Under the pieces are notes generated by a model. The model did not search any database, was not told the DNA's origin, and saw only the letters and a list, made by a program, of their open reading frames with translations. Below, piece after piece: positions 26,201 to 39,290 of a stretch of DNA of 64,000 nucleotides. The DNA comes from Octopus sinensis. Taxonomy: Eukaryota. Made by a program: the position numbers and the translations under genes. Positions within the stretch are counted from its first letter, which is position 1. Each line of letters starts with the position of its first letter. The DNA is taken from positions 63,922,001 to 63,986,000 of the forward strand of contig NC_043000.1 of assembly GCF_006345805.1 (NCBI RefSeq), given 5' to 3'.

Positions 26201-26630
26201 ATAATACAAACTAGCTACTAATATTTTCATGCTTTAAGGTAGATTAGATTGGTAGATTTATATAACATGCTTTGTATCTTTAAGCAATTATTCAGGCTCA
26301 GTTCATAATGTTAGATGTATTTAAAAACCGGGATGCTGGTCTATGAGAAAACTATTAGAAGCTCTTTTGTAATTGTTTATATTAAATGATATATATATGT
26401 GTGTATGTATATCCCAAGATGTCACACATTGGAATTGAAACCAGAACTACATGATTAAAAAAACCAAACTTCTTACCACACTGCTACACTTGACCCAGTG
26501 TGGCCACAGCCATATGACTGAAACAAGTAAAAGATAAAAGATATATAGGTGCATGTGTGTGCGTGTGCGTGTGTGTGTGTGCACACGCGCGTGTGCTTGT
26601 GTGGTTGTGGTTGTGTGTGCGTGTGTCGGC

Positions 26631-27150
26631 ACAGGCTTCGCTGTGTGGTAAGAGGTTTACTTCCCAACTACGTAGTTCTGGTTTCAATTCCATGTAACAT
26701 ATTGGGAAAGTGTTTTCGGTACTTTTTGGTTATCTCACCCCCATTAAAAAATTTGCCATTAAAAAATTGGGTTATCTCTCCACTAGAAAATCGAGATTAC
26801 GTGGTGACAAGAGATTGGATTAAAAGAGTTAGATCCTTTTAATTCAATACTTCAACACATTGTTGACGTTTGGCCTCCTCAATCGGCATGGTATGATTTG
26901 TTATAAAAATGTTATTCAGAGTCAATAAGATATTTAATTTTTTCATTTTTTTTTTTGCTTTATTGAGGGTTAAGCAATTTTTTAGTTGAGGGAGATAACC
27001 AAAAGTACCAATATTTCTCATAAAATGTGGGGAGATAACCCAATATTTTAATGGAGCTGAGATAACCAAAAAGTACTGTTTTCTGCTATAGCCCTGTGCC
27101 AACCAAAGCCTTGTGAGTGGATTCGGTAGATGGAAACTGAAAGAAGCCTG
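26631..27150 (+). mobile_element. SINE family A copy split by a MITE and cut by the palindrome
   Basis: Head at 26631-26717, resumes tgttttctgctatagccc...gaaagaagcc at 27077. Confidence 0.85.
26718..27076. mobile_element. MITE with (G)GTACTTTTTGGTTATCTC TIRs and a 7-8-bp TSD (Merlin-like)
   Basis: TSD tgttttcg / tgttttct; reiterated sub-terminal ggttatctc / gagataacc motifs. Confidence 0.8.
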
Positions 27151-28797
27151 TTTCATAGTAAGTGGAACCTCAGAAGTGCTAAAATACAAGCTCGGTGTAT
27201 ACCGTAAGTCACTCTTCAGGCCAAGGATATCTTGATTAGATTAAAGTCTACATTGTCACAAGGAGGTACATGTTGATGCAAAGAAAGATTCAAATAGAAT
27301 GTGTGGAGGCCACAATATGTGAGGGGTATATAAATGTAGGGAAAAATAAGTATTAGAAGAAGGGAAGAAAGAAGAAAATAAATAAGTCGAAGGAGTGGCT
27401 GTGTAGTAAGTAGCTTGCTTACCAACCACATGGTTCTGGGTTCAGTCCCACTGCGTGGCACCTTGGGCAAGTGTCTTCTACTATAGCTTCAGGCTGACCG
27501 AAGCCTTGTGAGTGGATTTGGTAGACCGAAACTGAAAGAAGCCCATTGTATATATGTGTGTGTGTATATATATATATGTATATATGTGTATATGTTTGTG
27601 TGTCTTTATTTGTCCCCCAATATCACTTGGCAACCGATGCTGGTGTGTTTACATCACCCGTAACTTAGCAGCTCGGCAAAAGAGACCGATAGAATAAGTA
27701 ATGGGCTTCCAAAGAATAAGTCTTGGGGTCAATTTGACTAAAGGCAGTGCTCTAGCATGGCCGTAGTCAAATAACTGAAACAAGTAAAAGAGTAAAAGGG
27801 TAAGTAAATAGAAAAATTAAGAAAATAAAATAAGATAAACTATAGTGGAGTAGGAGGAAGGAGGAACTGGGCAGATCAGTGGTAGATAAAATAGTAGTTT
27901 AGCTTAATCACAGAATTTAATAGTGGGATTGGCAGTTGAAGAGAAGATAGATTGGAAGGGAGAGGGTGGGGAAATATTTATGGTCATTGGGGAGAAAGAA
28001 AGTGTGTATGAATAAAGCAAGGTGGGGGATTTAAGCATATGCTTAAATCCCCCACCCTACCTTGCTTTATTCATACACACTTTCTTTCTCCCCCATGACC
28101 AAAAATATTTCCCCACCCTCCCCCTTCCAATCTATCTTCTCTTCAACTGCCAATCCCACTATTAAATTGTGATTAAGTTAAACCATTGACCTGCCCAATT
28201 CCACTTTCCTCTCACTTCCCTATACTCTTTTACTCTTTTACTTGTTTCAGTCATTTGACTGTGGTCATGGTGGAGCACCACATCGACCCCAGGACTTATT
28301 CTTTGTAAGCCTAGTACTTATTCTATCAGTCTGTTTTGCCAAACTGCTAAGTTACAGGGATGTAAACACACCAACATTGGTTGTCAAGTGATGTTGGGGA
28401 GACAAACACAGACACGCACATACATATATATATATACATATATATACGACGGGCTTCTTTCAGTTTCCGTTTACCAAATCCACTCACAAGGCTTTGGTCG
28501 GCCCAAGGCTATAGTAGAAGACACTTGCCCAAGGTGCCACACAGTGGGACTAAACCCCGGAATCATGTGGTTGGTAAGCAAGCTACTTACCACACAGCCA
28601 CAACTTTTTCTCCCCACATACCCCTCGCATACTGTGCCCTCCACACATTCTGACTGAATCTCTTTGCATCAACATGTACCTCCTTGTGACAATGTAGCCT
28701 TTAAATCTAATCGAGATATCCTTGGCCTGAAGAGTAGCTTGCAGTATACACCTCACTTTGATTTTACTATTTCTGAGATTCCACTCACTATGAAACA
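27149..28797. repeat. 1.65-kb imperfect palindrome with no spacer
   Basis: Centre gatttaagcat|atgcttaaatc between 28038 and 28039; outer arms 27149-27335 and 28615-28797 are reverse complements; mirror SINE A copies at 27385-27800 (+) and 28225-28600 (-). Confidence 0.92.
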
Positions 28798-29077
28798 TAT
28801 GTAGCCTGGATTTTTCCTACTCCATTCTGTAACTCTTGTATTCTTTTTTGCACACTCAGCAACCCTGGTTACCTACCGTGGAATATAATAAGAACTTTTT
28901 CTCTGCTCATCGTTCTTCGATAAAGAAAAATAATCTGCAACCTTCTGTCTCAATAAACAACTAGCATAGGTAAGCCAGCAACTGGCATGCTAAAGCTTTA
29001 ATCCAACATTAGGTCAACAATGGCTAAAGTATAATAGAATGAATTGTATTAATGGCTGTCATAATGTGACAATGAAA

Positions 29078-29379
29078 TTCTTTGTTCCTTCTCGAGCCAT
29101 GCCTGGCTCATAAGGGCCAGTTTCTCGGTTTCATTGGCGTATAGGTTCCCCACCTGGACGGAATGCCGGTCCGTCGCAGGTGAGCTGCTAGATGCAGGAG
29201 GAAAGAGTGAGAGAAAGTTGTGGCGAAAGAGTCAGCAGAAGTTCGCCATTACCTTCTGCCGGAGCTGTGTGGAGCTTAGGTGTTTCGCTCATAAACACAC
29301 ACATCTCCTGGTCTGAGATTCGAAGCCGCGATCCCTCGACTGCGAGTCCGCTGCTCTAACCACTAGGCCATGTGCTTCC
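29078..29379 (-). mobile_element. tRNA-derived SINE, CpG-rich full-length copy
   Basis: Head ggaagcacatggcctagtggttagagcagcggactcgcagtcgagggatcgcggcttcgaatc with A/B boxes; tail ggctcgagaaggaacaaagaa. Confidence 0.85.
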
Positions 29380-29529
29380 GGCAATGAAATAAGGAAGATG
29401 GATAGCAATCCAGTTTTTATTTTGTTGAAACAACTTCATGCTACAATAAAACCTAGCACTCTGTTAGTTACGATGATGAGGGTTCCAGTGAAATTAACCT
29501 GCAAGTGGCTGAGCACTCCACAGGCATTC

Positions 29530-29925
29530 TTTTATTCTTTTATTTGTTTCAGTTATTTGACTGTGGTCATGTTGGAGCACTGCCTTAAAGGGTTTTAGTC
29601 AAAGAAATCAACCCCAGAACTTATTCTTTGTAAGCCTAGTAGTTATTCTATCTGACTCTTTTGTCAAACTGCTAAGTTACAGGGACATAAACACACCAGC
29701 ATCAGTTATTAAGCGATGGTGGAGGGGTAAACATAGTCACATACACATAAGCATATATATATATATATATATGGGCTTCTTTCAGTTTCCATCTACCACA
29801 TCCACTTGCAAGGCTTTGGCCAGCCCGAGGCTATAGTAGAAGACACTTGCCCAAGGTGTCATGCAATGGGACTGAACCCAGAACCATGTGGTTGGGAAGT
29901 AAACTTCTTACCACACAGCCACAAC
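29530..29925 (-). mobile_element. SINE family A copy nested in a family B copy
   Basis: Family B sequence at 29445-29527 resumes at 29926-29937 and 30160-30270. Confidence 0.8.
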
Positions 29926-29937
29926 GCATACCTTTAA

Positions 29938-30159
29938 CCCTTTCGATACCAACCCAACTGAAACCAGCTCTGGCTCTGTAGTACAAATGTCTTGTTTTCA
30001 TAAGTTTTGAATTAAAATCTTTCACCAAATCTTAGTCACAATTTATGTTCCTAACTCTAGCTTAATGATAACTAAGTTATTTTACTAAATTCTTTGTTAT
30101 ATTTAAAGTTAATTGAAAGAAACACAGAGTATCTCAAAATAAATACGGTAATGAAGGGG
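29938..30159 (-). mobile_element. piggyBac-type MITE, second copy
   Basis: TTAA TSD; reverse complement of 6973-7193. Confidence 0.9.
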
Positions 30160-31129
30160 TTAAAGTAGTTCTCAGGGAGATTTAGCATGACACTGAATGT
30201 AACAAGGTTAACCCTTTGAAATACAGGTACAACTCATTTTTGAGTGGACTGCTACAACGGGTAGAGCATAAAGGACATGTTTTCTCATTTCTCTTCTACA
30301 AACATTTTGTACATCTAATGATGTGTATTTTCTGTATGCCCCATTTTTTTTTTGTATGTCCTTATATAATAAGAATCAAATATTTGAAAATTTGGAATTA
30401 GAAACCTATCATGGGTAGTCAATCCCCATGGACTTTCGGGTAGGTGTGATTGTTTATGTTTTTCCCAAGATTATTAATAGACAGTAGTGAAAGCAAGTAC
30501 TACAGCCTAGAACCAAAATTGTTTTTTTTTTAGTTTATCTTCTACTTTACAATGTTTTCCATATCTTTGTAAAACAAACAAAATAAAATAAGCATTATTT
30601 TGTAGATGTCATAAGAATTTTATATGCTTTTGAGAGAATGTGAAATGATTCTTTTTTGGAATAGTGGGTCTCAATTTTGAATGACTTCTATTCAAAAGGG
30701 TTTTGCAACTCAATATTTACATACTATTTATTTATAGCTTTACATGTGCTTCAAAACCCACTCTTCCAAAAAGAAATATTTCAAATATTTATTCCCTTAT
30801 ATAGCTTTCTCTGTCTATATTCACCTATATTTTCCTTATCATATTTTTCAATAGGTTTCTTCTCTTCACCATTCACTATTTCACACCTTCAACCTTCCAT
30901 TGCAAAATTAACTTCACTTATTCATCTTTTCACCCAGTGGTCAGCATTCTTCTCTAGGATGTAAACTACATCTCACTTTTTTCAATCAAAGGTATAGAAT
31001 CATTCACCTATTTCCCAGCAATATAACTTATTTATACTGTTCTCCAACAAACTTCCATATTTCTTTCCACAACTATCATTTTACTAAATACTCACTAACT
31101 TACAAACCAACTAAACACTATCCTTTTAA

Positions 31130-32193
31130 CCCTTTCGTTACTATATTTCTTACCAAAATACACCCCTCATGAGTTTCCATTAAATTCTAAAATAATCATG
31201 AATCTAGGCTTGTTTCATTAAATAACTGTAACTTTTTTACTTATCAACATTTTAATGTGATATTTGGAACATATTTAAAGAAAGGGTTCTTAATCAATTC
31301 TATTGCATAACTTTTGTCTCAAAGTGACTTTAATTACAGGTAAATCCAGGTAAATTGAGCAAAAGGTAAAAATATTAAAATTTTTAAATGAGCAAAAGGT
31401 AAAAATATTAAAATTTTGTTTAAACATCACCATAGAAAATGAATCATCAGCTAATATTCAAATGGGTATGCAATAAAAGTTTGATAAAGAAGAATTGTGC
31501 ACATCACTATATCATCAGTTGGATTTAATGCACAACAGGTGTACCATAAAGGTGGAATAAACTGAAATATTGGAATCCACCGTAAGTTTGACCGAACTAA
31601 AGAAATCGGTCAAAAAATAATATACGGCCCTGGTTATGGTATGAAAGTGATAAATTCCAGACCACATCGTTCCCTAGGCCATGCTGACTAACATTATTTT
31701 CCCTGTATAAAAACTAAATCCACGCAGTACCCAGTATTTGCTTCACAAATTTTCCGAAATTTGAACCCCCATTTTGTGTTTGTTTACATTCTGCGTAAGT
31801 TTGTTTCCGCATTGATCGCTTCAAACAATAACTTCCAGACCACATCATACTCTAAGCCATGCTGACTAACATTAATTTCCATGTATAAAAACTAAATCCA
31901 CAACAGTACCCAGTATTTGTTTCACAAATTTTCCAATTCGGAATCAATGCTTGATAACATGAAACTCCTATCTATTTTCAAAGTTGAAGAAAAATCGATG
32001 CCGAAAATAATGTGGAAAAAAATCTCCCAAAATTCAGGGAATTAAAATTACACGTCGATCTTTGTACAAAACTGTAGATGAACTGTTTACGAAGCATAAT
32101 CACGTGTTTTCACGAATATACTAAAGAGATTTGCTCTGATATTCTCATTTAAATATGAATAGGTAAATTCGGGCGGCTTTGGTAACGAAAGGG
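31130..32193. mobile_element. Non-autonomous piggyBac-type element (1064 bp)
   Basis: TTAA|ccctttcgttac ... gtaacgaaaggg|TTAA; internal ~100-bp direct repeat (31655 and 31826). Confidence 0.9.
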
Positions 32194-32249
32194 TTAAATA
32201 ACTAAACATTCATTAACTAAATTACTGGGTTTGTGTGAATGATTAATAT

Positions 32250-32572
32250 TCTTTTATTTGTTTCAGTCATTTGACTGTGGCCATGCTGGAGCTCCGCCTT
32301 TAGTCGAGCAAATCGACCACAGGACTTATTCTTTGTAAGCCTAGTATTTATGCTATCGGTCTCTCTTGCCGAACCACTAAGTGATGGGGACAAACACACA
32401 CACACACACATACGACGGGCTTCTTTCAGTTTCCGTCTACCAAATCCACTCACAAGGCTTTGGTTGGTCCAAGGCTATAGTAGAAGACACCAAGGTGCCA
32501 TGCAGTGGGACTGAACCCAGAACCGTGTGGTAGGTAAGCCAGCTTCTTACCACACAGCCACTCCTTCGCCTA
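32250..32572 (-). mobile_element. SINE family A copy
   Basis: Colinear with 8269-8670, CpG largely retained. Confidence 0.9.
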
Positions 32573-33554
32573 TAATCATTTTTATTATTTAACCTATTGA
32601 ATAATATTCATCAAACCCTTACTAACTTATTACTTATTACTACAATTTTCATGAGGCAGCATGAGACAGCAGAAATATATTCTAAGTAGGCAGTGATTTC
32701 ACTGACATCATTAAATATGACTCAAATTGAATCACCTGTTATCATATTATCTTTTCTTACTCAGTAATATCAAAGCCTGTTTCTTCCTCACCTATGTCGG
32801 ATTCTCTCACACTCCACTTTTTCCTTTCACTATTTGTCTGAGTGGGTTTTTGTTTACTTATACATTTATGACTTACTTGTATAAATAATAATATTTAAAT
32901 CAAGCTATTATGAGGCAATTCCCATGAATTGGGTTTTGGTCGAATTTTTTTTTCTTTTGTTTTTTGATTTCCTTTTATAAGTATGCTATTGTCCTGAATG
33001 TTTATCTGCTCAGTAGCATGAGAATGTATTTTAGTATTAACTAAACGGAGGTAGTCCACCACCAACCCAGCTTTCAACCTTTTCTCTTTTTATTCCTTTT
33101 TATCTAAGTACATTTTTATTTGACACTATGAAACCATCCCATACAAATCAAGACTACTTTTGCAGAACTGAACACTTTGTTATTGTTTTGAACCACATGA
33201 GCTTTAATTAAGCAAATTTATGATCAAAATTACTCTACTCACGACTATTACATCTTATTTCAGATATAGTATATCAAGGACAACATTATTAAATGTGTCC
33301 TTCCTCTTTTTTTAAAGACAGAATATGATTTGAAAGAAATTTTGGCTGCTATTTCTAACATGTCAAATAACACTGTAGAGCCTTCCTTGTTAGCTTGAAC
33401 TGCACATGTAAAGAAGCACGGTGAATGTTTTAAGATCATTTTACATTGATACAATACCTTAGATTGATAAAAGAGAAATAGAATTAGTCACTGTCAAAGA
33501 TTCCTGTAAGAGTTGACAATTTAAGTGAAATGGTTGCTTTCAGTGCCATATTCA

Positions 33555-33780
33555 TCATCATCATTCAACATCCACTATTCCATGCTTGTATGGATCAGAC
33601 AGAATTTGTTAAGGCAAATTTTCCTACAGCTGGATGCCCTTCCTGTTGCCAACCTTCGCTTGTTTCCTAGCAAGGTACTTATATATCCATAGCCAGACAT
33701 GTTCTTACTCTGCAAAATATTGGAAATGAATGACACTGACTGTATGACATTGACACTAATTTACAACAACCACATAATGT
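33555..33780 (-). mobile_element. SINE family C-related copy
   Basis: catcatcatcattcaacatccactattccatgc...ctacagctggatgcccttcctgttgccaacc. Confidence 0.7.
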
Positions 33781-34145
33781 CAAGACAAAGAGACACATAC
33801 ACACACGCACACTCACATATATATATGATGATGATCTTGTCAGATGATAGCCATCTCACATTAATGAATAACAAGACATCTATACATCACTGGATTTAAA
33901 TGACAAAAGCTTGTACAACACTTTTGTCACATTCTCAGTTGCCATAGTAGGCTTCAGTAACAAGCATTTCAAGATGACTTCAAGTTTAACATCAGAATAT
34001 CTTTCTCTAAGAACTGTCTTCCCTACCACTTTGTCAAAAATTATGAGAGCCTCTCTTCCCAGAGAAATCTATTTAATTCACATATGGAACCCTGATAGCT
34101 ACACACACACGCGTGCACACACACACACACACACATACATGCTAG

Positions 34146-34640
34146 TGAAGGCACATGGTTCAATGGTTAGAGCATCAGGCTCACAATCATGAGGTATTGA
34201 GTTCAATTCTTGGACCAAGCTGTGTGTTGTGTTCTTGAGCAAGACACTTTATTTCACATTGCTCCAGTTCACTCAGTTGTAGAAAAGAGTTGCAATGTCA
34301 CTGGTGCCAAGCTGTATCAACCTTTGCCTTTCTCTTGGATAACATAAGTTATGTGGAGGGGGAGGCTGGTATGCATGAGCAACTGATCTTCCATAAATAA
34401 CCTTGGTCGGACTTGTGCCTAGGAGGGTAGCTTTCTAGGTGCAATCCCATGGTCATTCATGACCGAAGGCAGTCTTTACTTCTTCATTTCAGTTTCTTTC
34501 AACCAAATCAACTCACAAGGCTTTGGTTGGTCTGGAGCTATAGTAGAAAACACTTGCCTGAGGTGCCATGCAGTGGGACTGAATCCAAAACCACATGGTT
34601 AGGAAGCAAAATTCTTACCACTCTGCCACACCTGTGCCTA
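34146..34640. mobile_element. SINE family B (+) joined to a partial family A copy (-)
   Basis: gcacatggttcaatggttagagc head; family A head at 34490-34640 in the opposite orientation. Confidence 0.75.
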
Positions 34641-35089
34641 CACTAGTATATCTACACAAGTCTCATAAGTTGCTTAAATTCATTGATTGAATAACAATGA
34701 ATGATTGGTTGACATAAAAAATTAACCCCATGCAAATAGAAAGAAATTATCTAATGGCTTTTACTAGTGAATGAAGACAAAGGATCGATCAATACCACCC
34801 AGTAGCAAATATCATTTAATTTGTTGTGACTTAAAAGATTTTGTTTATCCATTTGTGTAAATGTAATATGCTTCTATGCCAGTAATAATTTTATTGATAT
34901 TGCATGTGCAAGTTGATGTTTGGTTATTGAAAAAAGTGCTTTAAGCAATGTTTCTTTGTTAGAGTTTGTTAACCTTCATAAAAATCAATGCAAATACATA
35001 TGAGATAAAAGGGAAAAAAATTAGATGTAGCACAATTGACAATATAGTGTTAGGCTGTTAGAAACAGCACCCAAATCTCCTTCATTTTA

Positions 35090-36315
35090 TATGCTATAGT
35101 CTTTAAAAAAGGACACATTGGATAATGTTATCCAGAATACATTGTGTAACAAAAACATAAACAGGATGGTCACAACTGGAAAACTTTTGTCATTGCTAAG
35201 CCTACCTTGAAGCCTCTTGATTCTAGATGTAGCTTCCACGTCTGGAATTCCTTCTCTAAATTCTCCTATAGATTTAGCTGTGAGATTTAGATCATCAGCA
35301 TACAAGAGTTCTCATGGAGAGCCAATTTTGAACTCCTCTCTCATGGCCTGTAGAACTATGTTGAATAGGAGAGAACCTTCACATAAAATTCATCACATAA
35401 ATCATTGTTGACTCTCACTTTATTTACTGGATCTTCATATATAGCTTCTACAGCCCTCACAAACCATTCGTGTACACTTAGTTTCCTTAGTGACCACAAA
35501 ATGACTGAATGTGGTGCCATGTCAAATGCCTTCTCCAAGTCAATGAATGCCAGGAGTATGGTTTACTCTAAGTCAAATATTTCACCTGCAGTTGCCTTAC
35601 TAGATTGCATCTGTGGGACCTGTTCCGGGAACACAACCAAACTATTTCAGATCAGTTATGCTATGGTTCCCCATGACCTTCATAACCTATTCCCATCTGA
35701 CTCCCCTAAAACTGCTTCTCTCTAAGGCACCTCCTTTGCCTTTATAACAGCTAACAATGATATGCAACACTAGTCGTTGGGCATCACACCTTCCTGTATA
35801 ACCTGATTAACTATTTAGGTGGTAATCATGTATCCTACTGGACCAGATATTTTGAGCATCTCTGCATCTATCCTACAACTTTCTTTTATTGCTTTATCTA
35901 CCATGCTACTGTCAACTTCAATTGTTGATCCTTCAATAGAGTTAGCATGGAATAGCCCCTCTTTGTTCCATGCATTCTCCACATTCAGTAACCTCTCATA
36001 ATAGCACTTCTACACTTTCTATAGTGATGGCGAGTGTGCCTCCTTCATGCCAAATACACCTCTCACCAATGAGGTGCTGGTTCTCTCTCACACATTGCTT
36101 TGTAATCACGAGCCCATCATGCTTCTGATTTTCAAGTTAAATGACATGTGCAAATTTTTTTCTTTCTGCCTTACCCCTAGCCAAGGATTCCAGTTGCCAA
36201 ACTGCTCTTCTAATCATTTGATAATGCTCCCTACCACCACCTTCCTTCAAGGTTTTTCAAGACTGTCCCTTAGCCTTTACTGCCCTATCAACCATATCTT
36301 CAGGACATGTGGATG
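35090..36315 (-). mobile_element. RTE LINE reverse-transcriptase fragment
   Basis: EKAFDMAPHSVILWSLRKL (DLEKAFDRVP); SPLLFNIVLQA; GSPWELLYADDL. Confidence 0.9.
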
Positions 36316-37649
36316 AAGTATGCCTCATACACTGGCACAAAATTCTGAAACAGATTTAAAAAGAAAACTGAAAAACTAGAGGAAATAGGCTCGTGATATG
36401 GCAGTAACAAATCTCAGAGGGTAATCATTGTTGACATTATACCTAGGGACAAAACTAGCTAATCTACTTAGAAAAATATTACATGATACAAAACTGAAAA
36501 TTAAAGATACTAATTATTCATTTATTCCAATTTGAGAAAACACAGTAAGCTGATAGAAAAGGCTGAATTTGTAAAATCAATCCACAAGTAAACTGCAAAA
36601 TTAGTGACATGAAATACTGTATGATGGGATGTCTGAAGGGTCAGTAAAGAGACACTACCAATGAGGAATGAGATTATTTACATTTACACAAGTAAAAAGA
36701 AAAAGGAAAGAAAAGGAAACTAAAAAATGCTGGACATCAGAAAAGTGTTGTCAAATAAAGATGTTCAAAGGAGCTGAATTAGTCAAAAATAGGACTTAAA
36801 AACGTGCTAAAACCAAAAAGATGAAACTAATAAAAGAGCTAAATATAAAGCTATATTTTTAATATTTACTTGTCAAACATAAATATAAATAGTTTTATAA
36901 ATATTTTCCAAATGTGTGTACAGGGATTTTAAAAGGACTGTATTCTTTCGTTAATGGAACATGAAATTATAACAACAAAATAGGATCTTATTTGTTTTAT
37001 AGATTCAGTTTTCACACTTTTCTTTTGTGAATTACTTGCAGCTTTGAATAAACAATATACACAATACAAAACACATTTTAATCTATGTATGATATATAGT
37101 AATTGAGAACTTGGTAATTCCAAAATAGTTTTTGGTAATTTTTAAATAATTTTAACAATATAAATTACACAGCCAGAAAATTAGATCAAAGAAAGGCCAG
37201 TTATGTGTTTATTGCCAAAGAAATTCTTGCAGATATATAGCAAACAAATTATTTGAAGCTGTTTGCATTGCTCTTTTCTTTGACTTGACATCAGACGATG
37301 TAACCTCATTTTTTTCATTTTTTTTTTTGTTTTCTATATAAAACATTTCAATCCCCAATAAAACATGGGCTTAATTTTCCATTTCAGATAACAGAGCACA
37401 TAGATATTAGACAGTGAGTAGGTAAATTTTTCCTTTTCCTTGCACTTTAAAAACAAAAACTTTTCTATGTCAGCTAGTTTGAAAAAAGTTAAACTAATGC
37501 ATGTGAAAAAGTGAAATCAGTACATTAAATATAATACTAGAAATATGTTGTCTGAACACATACATACAGGAGCTGAATATGTTTAAAGTTTGTTGCAAAT
37601 GTACTTACATGTATTTTTATTATGTCTTATATAAATGGAAAAAACATAC

Positions 37650-37716
37650 CATAAACATAAGTGAAACTGGAGCTGAATTCTAAGCTAGGCGGTAGATTAT
37701 AAGAAAATGGAGCTAA
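37650..37716 (-). CDS. Candidate 67-nt exon, product unknown
   Basis: ttctttttgtatag acceptor and gtatgt donor; single open frame LAPFSYNLPPSLEFSSSFTYVY. Confidence 0.15.
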
Positions 37717-38794
37717 CTATACAAAAAGAATTCCTAGATTTAACTCTTAAACAGCTACATTAGTAACAATATACACGAGCCATGCATCAAAATGTCTATG
37801 TAGTCTCTCTCTCTATCTTCCTTGTACCTTATTGTTTTAGTTAGTTCTTTAAATGTTTGAAACAAATACTTGTTAGTGGGCAACAGAGCTGGGTAATAAA
37901 ATGACTAAAATAGCATTTATTTATAACTGTTTATTCACACTCAATCCTGGTTGTTTCTTAGGCATTTTGCATGATATTTGATATTTCTGCCCTGAGCAAC
38001 AAAAGTGTTAAATGAAACTATTTACAGACCACATAAAGTTATAATTTTCTCTTAGTGTCACTTTAACTTTAAGGCCTCATTTGAAACCTCATTATAGTCA
38101 AACTATAATGTAAATCTGGAGTTGACATCATATTGCCGAAGGTCAGGCTCATTCCTACTACATTCTCTTTTTTAATTTATTTAAATTCTGGGGTTGTATC
38201 CCTTGCCTTTCTTGACAATAATTAATAATTTATCTTTTATTTGTTTCATTCATAGGACTTTGGCCATGCTGGGGTCCCACCTTGAAGGGTTTAACCAAAC
38301 AAATTGCCCCAAGTACTTAATTCTTGTTAATGGTACTTATTCTACCAATCTCTGCTGCCAAATTGCTAAGTTACAGGGATGTAAACAAACCAAGACCAGT
38401 TGCCAAGTGGTGATTGGGAACAAACTCATAAATACATACATAAGAATAAGGAAAGTTTGACTTCATTAAGCAAACTAATTTGGGAGCAAAAAGATAACAA
38501 ACCAAAACATATTAAATGGTTGATATTGAGCAGAGCAAACACTGACACAAAGACACACAAACATATACATATTCATTAGGTTGACCCGTTAATCCCAACA
38601 CATTTTTTCTTTTCTCCATTTTTTCTCAATTCTCTCTGTCCAAGTGCATAGGCTCGAAACATCAAAGACTTTTCCTTTCTTCCTGAGTGTCAAACAAATA
38701 CACCTGCTTGTTGTTCCCTCACCTGTCTTCATCTATTGTTTTCTGTAAATTTGAACTACATATAAATATATATGTATGCATATTCATATATATC

Positions 38795-39290
38795 ATCATC
38801 ATCATTTAACATCTGTTTTCCATGCTGGCAAGGGTTAGATGGTTTGACAGGAGTTGACTAGGCAGAAGACTGCAGCAGGCTTTACTGTATTTTGGTATGG
38901 TCTTTACAGCTGGATACCTTTCCAAATGCCAAACACTTTACAGTGTAGATTAGATGCTTTTTGCATGGCACCAGTTCTGGCAGGATCACCAAGTAACTTG
39001 CAAGACAAAGATCCTTTGAGCAGGGGGGTGGGGTCATTAGAGGAGGTGGCCTTGTGCCAGGTGATGAGAGGTTAGCATGTGACAGAAGAATAGAAACAGG
39101 TGTCTTGCTGTAAAGGAGATACGTGGTTACCCAGTCAGATGGAGAGAACAAAAGAAAGGGAGAGTGAGTAATCAAGATTGAGAGAGAATGGAAGAGAGTA
39201 AGAGTATAAGAATACAAGGGAGAGTGCGAGAGAGATGGTAGCAAAGTGCTAGAGGTGGTAGCAAGAGATGGTAGCCAGAGTTGGTAGCAA
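38795..39290 (-). mobile_element. SINE family C copy with a purine-rich body
   Basis: catcatcatcatttaacatctgttttccatgctggc...cagctggatacctttccaaatgccaaac. Confidence 0.7.

Noticed and set aside
29310-29379. tRNA gene
   Set aside because: A/B boxes are present but there is no closed cloverleaf, and it continues into a SINE body; the same holds for the other SINE heads.
33458-33503. Minus-strand 46-nt exon with good splice sites
   Set aside because: Stop codons in all three frames; it also shows how readily such site pairs arise by chance.
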